Source of the DNA: Candidatus Kaiserbacteria bacterium
GTDB lineage: Bacteria > Patescibacteriota > Minisyncoccia > Phycocordibacterales > UBA2100
Length of the DNA stretch: 64,000 nucleotides
Direction of reading: 5' to 3'
Assembly (NCBI GenBank): GCA_016217965.1
Contig: JACRFI010000007.1
Span: forward strand, 37,815 to 101,814
Shown here piece by piece: positions 56,438-64,000 of the stretch. The notes below the pieces were generated by a model. That model was not told the DNA's origin, searched no databases, and worked only from the letters and a program-made list of their open reading frames with translations. The position numbers were made by a program, and so were the translations under genes. Each line of letters opens with the position of its first letter. The first letter of the stretch is position 1.

Positions 56438-58450
56438 ATGCTACACAGCATCCGTTTTTCTTTAGGCGCGGCATTCTCGCTTGCGCTTTTTTTATTAGTA
56501 GCGATTCCTCTCTCAGCGTCCGCTGCATTCTGGCCTGGATTTCCGTTTGCACCCGCGCCGGCTGACATCGTGTTAGAACTTCCGATCGGTCCTTTTAATC
56601 TTTGCGTAAAGGAAGTGAAAGCGGCGGGGCTACGCGTGCAAGTCCCTCGGCCATGCAAACAGGCGCTCCCACCCCCTCCTTCTGAACCTACACTCACGTT
56701 CACGGCAGACCCCGCAGCGATAGAAGAAGGTGAAAGCTCTACTCTTGCCTGGGATTCAACAAATGCAACTTCATGCGAGGCTTCGAATGGGTGGAGTGGA
56801 GTTAAGAGTGTCGATGGCAGCCAATCAGTTTCTCCTACGGACACAACAACCTACGAGCTTACGTGCTCGGGTCCTGGCGGACTCATCACGAAGAGCGCGA
56901 CGGTGACCGTAACGGATGTGCCGAATCCTCCGACTCTGACGCTCGTCAAAACAGTGGTGAATGATAACGGCGGGCAAGCGAGCGCGAACGATTTCCAAGC
57001 AAAGATTGATGGCGCGAATGTCACGTGGAGTGCCACTCACACGGTAACGACTGGGGCTCACATAGTTTCTGAAGTTGAAGTGTTTGGCTACGATGCCGGC
57101 GATTGGGGCGGCGACTGCGCAGCAGATGGCACTATCACACTCGCGGAAGGCGAAGATAAGACATGCACTATTACGAACAATGACATGCCGGGAACTCTGC
57201 ATGTCGTTAAAGTTGTGGTGAATGATGATGCTGGCGCGAAAGTATTCGGAGATTTTTCCTTCCAGATCGATGGCGGCTCTAGCGTAGTCTTCGAATCTGA
57301 CGGACAAAATGATGTCACCCTGAATGCAGGTACGTATGACATTACCGAGGTTGCAGTTGATGGCTACACGACGAGTTACAACAATTGTACGGATGTTGTC
57401 ATTTCGAACGGTGGCAGCGCGACGTGCACTATCACGAACAATGATAACGAACCAGCGCCGATAGCGCCGAAGCTGACGGTGACAAAGGTGGTGGTGAATG
57501 ACGACGGAGGCACGAAAGTAATTGCAGACTTCCCACTTTTTGTTGATGGTGGCGGTGTGACATCAGGAGTTGAAAATACGTATGCAGTGGGCGCACACAC
57601 CGTATCGGAAACAGCAGATGGCGGTTACACGATGGCGATCACCGGTGATTGCGCATCGGATGGCACGATTACGCTAGCGAATGGGGATGATAAAACGTGC
57701 ACCATTACGAACGACGACAAACAAGGTACGTTGCACATCGTAAAAGTTGTCGTGAATGATGATGGGGGAGCAGCGACAGCCGATGACTTTTCGTTCGAGG
57801 TGAATGGCGGCGCGGCGACTGCGTTTGAAGCTGATGGACAGAACGATGTAACCGTCGATGCGGGGACGTATGACGTAACAGAGGTTGCAGCAGCTGGGTA
57901 TACGGCGGGCTTCCAGAATTGCACAGATGTGGTTGTCGTGAATGGGGGTGAAGCGACGTGTACGATTACGAACGACGACAACGAGCCGCAAGCGGAAGCA
58001 GATGTGGTTATCAACGAGATCGCATGGATGGGCAGTATGATCGGCGAGACTGCAGATGCGGATGCTGAATGGATCGAGCTCAAGAATCGAGGATCGGAAG
58101 CGGTGAATCTTACGGGTTGGACGCTTGCTTCGGATGATGGCACTCCGAACATTGCCATTACAGAGGCGTGTGCGAATACAACTGTCGCAGCCGGCGGGTT
58201 TTTCCTTCTCGTGCGCACTCCCAATAGCGCAAGCTTAACTGCAGATTGTACGTATACCGGAGCACTTGAGAATGCTGGAGAACTCTTGAATCTTCAGAAT
58301 GCGTCGGCGGTCATTATTAACTCCGTGAACGGTGCACCTGATTGGGAGATCGGCGGTGCGCCGCAGAAAGGCAACAATACGACAAAGGAGACTGCACAAC
58401 GCGCAGCAGACAACACATGGTTCACGGCTGCGCCAACCCCAGGCGCGTGA
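56438..58450 (+). CDS. Surface protein: Ig-like domain, four pilin/CnaB-like repeats, C-terminal lamin-tail domain
   Basis: Signal peptide; four L..VK.VVND.GG...CTITN[N/D]D units; VVINEIAWMG...EWIELKN...TPG. Confidence 0.82.
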   Translation: MLHSIRFSLGAAFSLALFLLVAIPLSASAAFWPGFPFAPAPADIVLELPIGPFNLCVKEVKAAGLRVQVPRPCKQALPPPPSEPTLTFTADPAAIEEGESSTLAWDSTNATSCEASNGWSGVKSVDGSQSVSPTDTTTYELTCSGPGGLITKSATVTVTDVPNPPTLTLVKTVVNDNGGQASANDFQAKIDGANVTWSATHTVTTGAHIVSEVEVFGYDAGDWGGDCAADGTITLAEGEDKTCTITNNDMPGTLHVVKVVVNDDAGAKVFGDFSFQIDGGSSVVFESDGQNDVTLNAGTYDITEVAVDGYTTSYNNCTDVVISNGGSATCTITNNDNEPAPIAPKLTVTKVVVNDDGGTKVIADFPLFVDGGGVTSGVENTYAVGAHTVSETADGGYTMAITGDCASDGTITLANGDDKTCTITNDDKQGTLHIVKVVVNDDGGAATADDFSFEVNGGAATAFEADGQNDVTVDAGTYDVTEVAAAGYTAGFQNCTDVVVVNGGEATCTITNDDNEPQAEADVVINEIAWMGSMIGETADADAEWIELKNRGSEAVNLTGWTLASDDGTPNIAITEACANTTVAAGGFFLLVRTPNSASLTADCTYTGALENAGELLNLQNASAVIINSVNGAPDWEIGGAPQKGNNTTKETAQRAADNTWFTAAPTPGA

Positions 58451-58473
58451 GATAACGGTGGTATAGTGGAGCA

Positions 58474-59628
58474 ATGAAAAACTCATTCTCCACTCGATTA
58501 CTAGCGATAGCGATTGCCGCGATCGGGCTTGTCCCTGTCGCGGCTTTTGCTGCAGAACTTCGCGCCGGCGAGCAACCATCGGTTGCAAGTGGCACAACTA
58601 TTCAGGATGACCTGTACATTGCGGGCGGGAATGTGACGCAGGCTGGTGCAGTAACAGGAGACGTTATCGCAGCAGGGGGCAGTGTCCTCATAAGTGGCAC
58701 GACACAGGGCGATCTCTTGGTTGCGGGCGGGAATATCACAATTCTGGGCGACGTGTCTGACGATGTACGCGTAGTAGGGGGCAATATCACAATACATAGC
58801 AAAGTCGCAAGCGATGTGGCGTTCGGCGGCGGGCAAGTCACGATTGCAGGCGCGGGAGTCGGAGGAGATGTCGTCGGCGCTAGTGGGACGGTGCGCATTG
58901 ATGCGCCCGTTGCAGGGGACGTTCGCATTGCGGGTGGCGATGTCTATATAAATTCCGCCATCCGAGGAATGGTTGAGGTTCAGGCAGAAAAAGTGACGCT
59001 CGGTCCCGGGGCCCTTATTTCAGGAGACCTTACCTACACGGCGGGAAAGGAGGTCACAATCGAAGAAGGTGGAAAAGTGAACGGAAAAATTGAGTTCAAA
59101 CAACTTGAAACAACGCGCGAAGAGTTGAGAGGTGTCGCAAAGACAGGCATCGCGGCCCTCGTCTCAGCGTGGCTCATCGGGAAATTCTTGATGCTTCTCG
59201 TCGGCGCGTTCGCGTTCTTTTACCTATTCAAACGCTATACCGAAACATTAGTTTCAGATGCGCTCACCGAGCCTTTGCCGCAACTTGGGCGTGGCGTCGT
59301 CGCGTTCATTGTGTGGCCAATAGCGTCTGTGATTTTGCTTGTGACTGTGATCGGAATTCCGCTTGGCGCGATTGGGCTTCTCGGGTATGCCGCTGCGCTC
59401 ATATTCGCGCATCTTATGGCCTCTGTCGTATTAGGGTCTCTCGTTTCCGCATGGTGGACTAAGAACTATTACGAAGTGAATTGGAAAACAGTCCTGCTTG
59501 GCGTCGTCCTCTACTTTATTCTCGGATACATTCCATTCGTCGGCTGGCTCATTTGTGCGGCACTTGTTCTCATAACGCTTGGGGCGGCACTCAAAATAAA
59601 GTGGGGTGTCGCGAAGGAGTGGCGTTGA
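58474..59628 (+). CDS. Beta-helix (bactofilin/polymer-forming-like) protein with C-terminal TM domain
   Basis: Repeated GD..aGG.v.I.G units; hydrophobic C-terminus with TVIGIPLG and IPFVGW. Confidence 0.82.
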   Translation: MKNSFSTRLLAIAIAAIGLVPVAAFAAELRAGEQPSVASGTTIQDDLYIAGGNVTQAGAVTGDVIAAGGSVLISGTTQGDLLVAGGNITILGDVSDDVRVVGGNITIHSKVASDVAFGGGQVTIAGAGVGGDVVGASGTVRIDAPVAGDVRIAGGDVYINSAIRGMVEVQAEKVTLGPGALISGDLTYTAGKEVTIEEGGKVNGKIEFKQLETTREELRGVAKTGIAALVSAWLIGKFLMLLVGAFAFFYLFKRYTETLVSDALTEPLPQLGRGVVAFIVWPIASVILLVTVIGIPLGAIGLLGYAAALIFAHLMASVVLGSLVSAWWTKNYYEVNWKTVLLGVVLYFILGYIPFVGWLICAALVLITLGAALKIKWGVAKEWR

Positions 59629-59632
59629 TCGC

Positions 59633-59752
59633 AAGCCTCTTTCTTCGCACAGCTTTTTTGCCGTCGCTATCTGGGCCTGCTGGCCCAGCGCTCGGTCTCG
59701 GCCCCGTCGGGCCTGCGAAGACGGCAAAAAAGTTGTGCGTGCGACGAGGCTT
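59633..59752. repeat. Multi-hairpin palindromic element, family A, copy 2 (opposite orientation)
   Basis: Arms CGCACAGCTTTTTTGCCGTC / GACGGCAAAAAAGTTGTGCG; interior homologous to 715-810. Confidence 0.85.
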
Positions 59753-59779
59753 AATACAGTTCATGCTATCCTTCGTGGC

Positions 59780-60460
59780 ATGAAAAAGTACAAGGGGATC
59801 ATTTTCGATTTCAACGGCGTGCTTCTCCTGGACCAACATTTGCACGACGAGATATGGAGCGATATTGCAAAGAAATTGATTGGCCGTGAACTTACGGAAT
59901 CCGAATTCAAGCACAATCTGCACGGAAGAACGAACAGGTCGGCTGTTGAATATCTTCGTGGAGGAGAAGCAAGTGACGCAGACGTCGACGCCGTGATGCT
60001 TGAAAAAGAGCATGCGTATCAGGCGCTTGCGAGGCGTCAAGGCGATGCATACCATCTGAATGACGGGGCGATTGAACTATTTGAGAACCTAAAGAAGCAA
60101 ACCATACCATTCACCATCGGAACGTCATCGCCCGCCATGAACATTCCATTTTTTGATGAACTGCTCGGTTTGCATACTTGGTTTGATCTGGAAAAGATCG
60201 TGTGTGACGACGGGACGTTAAAGGGGAAGCCTGCCCCAGACATATACCTGAAAGCTGCCGCTGCGCTAGGATTTAATCCCAAAGATTGCGTTGTCGTGGA
60301 AGATGCCCGATCGGGTATTGCTGCGGCGTTACATGCAGGGATAGGCTACATTATCGCAATCGGGCCAAAGACAGAGCACGCTGCTCTTGCCGCTGTGCGT
60401 GGAGTCAGCGAAGTAATTGAAACGCTTCGTGAAGTGAACGTTGAGAGACTCTTTAGATAA
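59780..60460 (+). CDS. HAD-IA phosphatase (beta-PGM/CbbY-like)
   Basis: IIFDFNGVL, GTSS, GKPAPDIY, VVEDARSG. Confidence 0.88.
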   Translation: MKKYKGIIFDFNGVLLLDQHLHDEIWSDIAKKLIGRELTESEFKHNLHGRTNRSAVEYLRGGEASDADVDAVMLEKEHAYQALARRQGDAYHLNDGAIELFENLKKQTIPFTIGTSSPAMNIPFFDELLGLHTWFDLEKIVCDDGTLKGKPAPDIYLKAAAALGFNPKDCVVVEDARSGIAAALHAGIGYIIAIGPKTEHAALAAVRGVSEVIETLREVNVERLFR

Positions 60461-61598
60461 GGATTTCTTTTGGCTTCTCGCGGAGGTTGTAGTCCGAACT
60501 CATCGCGTAGCCGTATGCTCCCGCGTCGGCGAATAACAGCAAGTCGCGAAGTCGCGCTTTTGGAAGCGCTCTTCGTTTGACGAAAAAGTCGCTGGATTCG
60601 CAAATATTCCCGACGATATTCACCAATTCATTTCTCCCTTTTGGGTTCGAGAGGTTGAACACATGATGGTACGAACCGTAGAATGCGGGCCGGATAAGAT
60701 GGTTAAAGCCGGTATTGATTCCTACGAAGGTGTGCCCTGGGGTCTTCTTTATGTCGACCACTTGCGCGAGGAGCGCGCCCGCTTCTGCGACGAGGTATCG
60801 CCCAGGTTCGATAGCAAGTTCCAATGTTTTTCCCCGGTTGCGGCAAAATTCTGAAAAGATCGCAGCTGTTTCATTTCCAAGACGTCGGACGTCTAGCGGC
60901 TTCTGTTCTGGGCGATAAGGAATGCCGAAACCGCCGCCAAAATCTACAAATTCAAGTTCCGGGAAACGTGTCGCAGTACTCAGCATGAGACGTACTCCTT
61001 TGAGATACGTATGAGGGTCGAAAATATTGGAACCAATGTGTTGCTGGAGGCCGACAATTTTTAAACGATACCGAGACGCAATGCGTATTGCTTCTGGCAA
61101 ATCAGTATAGTAGATGCCGAATTTGCTCTCTTTGCCTCCCGTGACGATGTGCGGATTCTCGCCCGCGCCGAATCCGCGGTTTACTCGAATGGAGATCTTT
61201 GAATTTGGTTTTGCCTCACCCCACCATGCTATCTGATTCAGGGAGTCAAGATGCACCCGGACGCCAGTTTTCATCACTGCCAAAAGTTCTTCGAGAGAGA
61301 TGTTGCTGCACGTATACGAAATTCTGCTCGCCGGAAATCCGGCGGAGAGAGCTGCCCGCACCTCGCCAATGGAGACTGCCTCGATGCACGCGCCCTCCTG
61401 TTTCAAAACCTTCAAAATTCCCGCATGGGCGTTGGCTTTGCATGCGTAAAACACCTTAGTGCGGGGAAAGGGGATTGAACCATGAAGTAACCGAAACGCT
61501 TTTTGGATGATGTTTTTTCGGTACACATACAGCGGCGTGCCGTGCTCCTTTGCAAGACGCCGTGCCTCTGCCGAGTTGAGTAGGGGCTTCTTGTTCAT
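60453..61598 (-). CDS. lysA: Diaminopimelate decarboxylase
   Basis: GTPLYVY, YACKAN, SKFG, HIGS, DFGGG, EPGRYLV, ICESSD, GAYGYAMSS.YN. Confidence 0.92.
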   Translation of the reverse strand: MNKKPLLNSAEARRLAKEHGTPLYVYRKNIIQKAFRLLHGSIPFPRTKVFYACKANAHAGILKVLKQEGACIEAVSIGEVRAALSAGFPASRISYTCSNISLEELLAVMKTGVRVHLDSLNQIAWWGEAKPNSKISIRVNRGFGAGENPHIVTGGKESKFGIYYTDLPEAIRIASRYRLKIVGLQQHIGSNIFDPHTYLKGVRLMLSTATRFPELEFVDFGGGFGIPYRPEQKPLDVRRLGNETAAIFSEFCRNRGKTLELAIEPGRYLVAEAGALLAQVVDIKKTPGHTFVGINTGFNHLIRPAFYGSYHHVFNLSNPKGRNELVNIVGNICESSDFFVKRRALPKARLRDLLLFADAGAYGYAMSSDYNLREKPKEILI

Positions 61599-62296
61599 TT
61601 GCGGATTATATCCGTAGATTCTTCTGGCGCACGTTCCTTTGTGTCCGCGAATTGGAACCCGGAGAAATACATGAATGCGAGCATGGATATCACTCCTATT
61701 GCACTCATGCCGCCGAATAGGAGCCCGAGCGTGGTTGGTGTGGGGTTCTCAAGAAGTACAGAGCCGAGGCCGGTCAGTATTGATGTCGGGACAAGGCTTA
61801 TGCCGATGTGGATCGTTATGTATGGAAGAAAAGGCAGCTTCGTGAGGCCTGCAGCGTAAGCAAGAATGTCTTGCGCGGTTATGAATATGATGCGGGTAAA
61901 GAGAAAACCCTTCACCGTGCCTATCATCTCTAATATTTTTCCGAGAAGTCCAGTGTCGGAACCCAACATCTTCTCCACCACGCGCCTGCCCCATAGCCGG
62001 CTTATCCAAAATGCAACGGCGCCTCCAATGGTGTCTCCGAGGACCGAGAGCGCAAAACCTTTCCAGAAACCAAATAGCGTGCCGGCAAGAGGGTAGATGA
62101 GTGCGCCCGATAGTGGCGCGAATATGATGGTAGACGCTTTTGCCGCGACAAGTGCGATTGGCGCGAGTGGCCCTGCACCCTCGATCCATCGTTGCATCTC
62201 GTCGCCTCCAAATGTGCGGATGGCAATATACAGCGCCCCCATCGCAATCACGAGTACCGCGAGATTGACCAGCACGTCCTTCCTGATATTGGGCAT
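61595..62296 (-). CDS. TVP38/TMEM64 (VTT/DedA superfamily) membrane protein
   Basis: FAPLSG, GTLFGFWKG, AFWISR.WGR, YAAGLT. Confidence 0.85.
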   Translation of the reverse strand: MPNIRKDVLVNLAVLVIAMGALYIAIRTFGGDEMQRWIEGAGPLAPIALVAAKASTIIFAPLSGALIYPLAGTLFGFWKGFALSVLGDTIGGAVAFWISRLWGRRVVEKMLGSDTGLLGKILEMIGTVKGFLFTRIIFITAQDILAYAAGLTKLPFLPYITIHIGISLVPTSILTGLGSVLLENPTPTTLGLLFGGMSAIGVISMLAFMYFSGFQFADTKERAPEESTDIIRK

Positions 62297-62303
62297 AGCG
62301 TTG

Positions 62304-62350
62304 GAGTATACCCCCACACCTTTCGGTACAAAAGGTGTGGGGGTATACTC
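62304..62350. repeat. Perfect 20-bp inverted repeat
   Basis: GAGTATACCCCCACACCTTT-N7-AAAGGTGTGGGGGTATACTC. Confidence 0.85.
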
Positions 62351-62408
62351 TCAACCTCAAAAAAGTCGCGTGTCGGTGCGACTCGAAATATGCACTGGCG
62401 AAGTCTCT

Positions 62409-62457
62409 GCGGGATATTTTTGGCGGTGGAGCATTCTGTCCGCCAAAAATATCCCGC
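62409..62457. repeat. Perfect 18-bp inverted repeat
   Basis: GCGGGATATTTTTGGCGG ... CCGCCAAAAATATCCCGC. Confidence 0.8.
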
Positions 62458-62481
62458 GGACACGAAGCTCTAGCGAGCAAT

Positions 62482-64000
62482 TTACACCGTCACCAACATC
62501 GCCTGCAATTCTTTAATACCTATCGGCTTTACCATGTGATGATCGCAGCCCGCTTCGAGTGAACGCATCTTATCTTCCTTCTGCCCGTAGCCCGTCAATG
62601 CTATCACCGTCCCGCGGAAGCCTCTCTCGCGAATTTGTTTTGCAACCTCATACCCGCTCATGTCAGGGAGGCCAATATCGAGGACCATGAATCTGGGTGT
62701 CGTCAGGGAAATGGTGCGCAGCGCTTCCTCTCCCGTGTAGGCATACGAGACAGCATGCCCTGTGAGCTCTAGGAGTTTTCCAAGAGAGTGTGCAGCCGAC
62801 TTGTTATCATCGACGACAAGGATTGATGTACACTCCGGCGCAGGCGATCGTTCCGGCGAAGTGTTTGGAATAAGTTGCGACTCCATCGTCGCGACATCAA
62901 GCGGAAGTCTCACGATAAATTCGCTCCCGCGTCTTGTTCCCTCACTTTTTGCTTCGATTGAGCCTCCGTGCATCTCGACGATGCGCTTTGTTATGGATAG
63001 CCCGATCCCTATACCTTCTTTATTCCTGTGACCCTGTTCGATCTGGAGGAACGGTTCGAACACTTTCTCTAGCATCAAGGGGTCGATGCCGATGCCGGTA
63101 TCGTTGACACGAATTTCCGCCATATCGCCAACACGCGTTATTGCTATCGAAATCGCAGAGCTTTTCTCGGAGAATTTCGATGCGTTGCTGAGGAGATTCC
63201 GTATGACCTGTTCAATTCGTATTGGATCTGCGTCGAGTAGCAGAGTCTCGTGTGGCCCCATGAATTCCACGCGCTGCTGCTTTCTTTCGAGTTGATTCTG
63301 GATCGATTGGATGCTTTGCTTTCCGATGGCATAGACGTCTGTCGGCGTTTTCTGCAATCTCAGTTTGTTCTGCGAGATCCGCGCGATATCGAGAAGGTCG
63401 TCGAGAAGACGGCGCATTGTTTTGACTCGATCATCTATGAGCTCAAATGTTTCGGCGTCGCTTTTCCAAACTCCTTTTAATTGTAGAAGCTCAAGGGCAC
63501 TTACAATCGGGGCAAGCGGATTTCTTAGTTCATGTGCGAGTACCGCAAGAAATTCGCTTTTTGCCTTGTCTTGCATTTTTATTTGGCCCAGAGCTTTTTC
63601 CAGTTGTTGCACGTGTTGCTCGAGCCCGAGAGCGGACCTGCGCCGCTCTTCAACGAGCGAGGACAGGATATAGAAAATGAAGGCGAGAAAGACCATGAAG
63701 AGTTCCACTGTATAGAGGCGTTGCCCGATCGGGCTTGGTGAGCCGCTCATGTTTAGCGCGACACCGACGACGCTTATCGCCGACATGAGAAAGAGCGCGA
63801 GGGCAGTGTACTTTGTTTCAAAACGGAGTGAGATCCAGAGAAACGGGAGCAGAATGACGAGGAAGACGAGTCCGCCTAAGACTTGCGCGTATGGCGTGAG
63901 GAACACCAAGACAGCTGCTGCAACTATACCTGCAAGTGCAAGCCCTGCTTCGGCAAGCTGCCTCGTGCGGAGTCGCACGGACATATCGGCGAACCAGCTG
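62482..64000 (-). CDS. Membrane hybrid sensor kinase/response regulator, probably MASE1 type (5'-truncated by window edge)
   Basis: AHELRNPL, NLLSNASKF, GIGIGL, receiver LVVDD, LDIGLPD; similar to 35810-37816. Confidence 0.9.
   Translation of the reverse strand, partial: SWFADMSVRLRTRQLAEAGLALAGIVAAAVLVFLTPYAQVLGGLVFLVILLPFLWISLRFETKYTALALFLMSAISVVGVALNMSGSPSPIGQRLYTVELFMVFLAFIFYILSSLVEERRRSALGLEQHVQQLEKALGQIKMQDKAKSEFLAVLAHELRNPLAPIVSALELLQLKGVWKSDAETFELIDDRVKTMRRLLDDLLDIARISQNKLRLQKTPTDVYAIGKQSIQSIQNQLERKQQRVEFMGPHETLLLDADPIRIEQVIRNLLSNASKFSEKSSAISIAITRVGDMAEIRVNDTGIGIDPLMLEKVFEPFLQIEQGHRNKEGIGIGLSITKRIVEMHGGSIEAKSEGTRRGSEFIVRLPLDVATMESQLIPNTSPERSPAPECTSILVVDDNKSAAHSLGKLLELTGHAVSYAYTGEEALRTISLTTPRFMVLDIGLPDMSGYEVAKQIRERGFRGTVIALTGYGQKEDKMRSLEAGCDHHMVKPIGIKELQAMLVTV

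Overview
64-kb chromosomal segment that looks like a Patescibacteria/CPR (Parcubacteria-like) genome. This is an inference from compact genes, many orphan ORFs, apparently leaderless starts and palindrome-rich spacers. Gene content: the 3' part of an Ehr (hydrogenase-4/complex-I-related, no NiFe ligands) operon; Dsb proteins; hisS; a folate/thymidylate cluster (glyA, thyA, dcd, folA, RibD-C reductase, CYTH, queuosine transporter); a partial de novo purine cluster (purL, purQ, purE, purM, purC, purB); an exopolysaccharide locus (hyaluronan-synthase-like GT2, UDP-HexNAc dehydrogenase, deacetylase); several two-component proteins; an ABC exporter; a P-type ATPase; surface proteins; lysA. Highlights: (1) an mTERF-like protein of four near-identical 33-aa (99-bp) repeats that vary at only two positions, wedged between dcd and thyA; (2) a HUH/Y1 (RAYT-like) transposase flanked by a 23-25-nt palindrome that also occurs in-frame inside purL; (3) several other dispersed palindromic or multi-hairpin element families, some with compensatory changes and some inside coding sequences; (4) a possibly permuted carboxysome-type beta-carbonic anhydrase. 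No rRNA, tRNA or CRISPR array was recognised. All family calls come from motif recognition by eye, not database searches.
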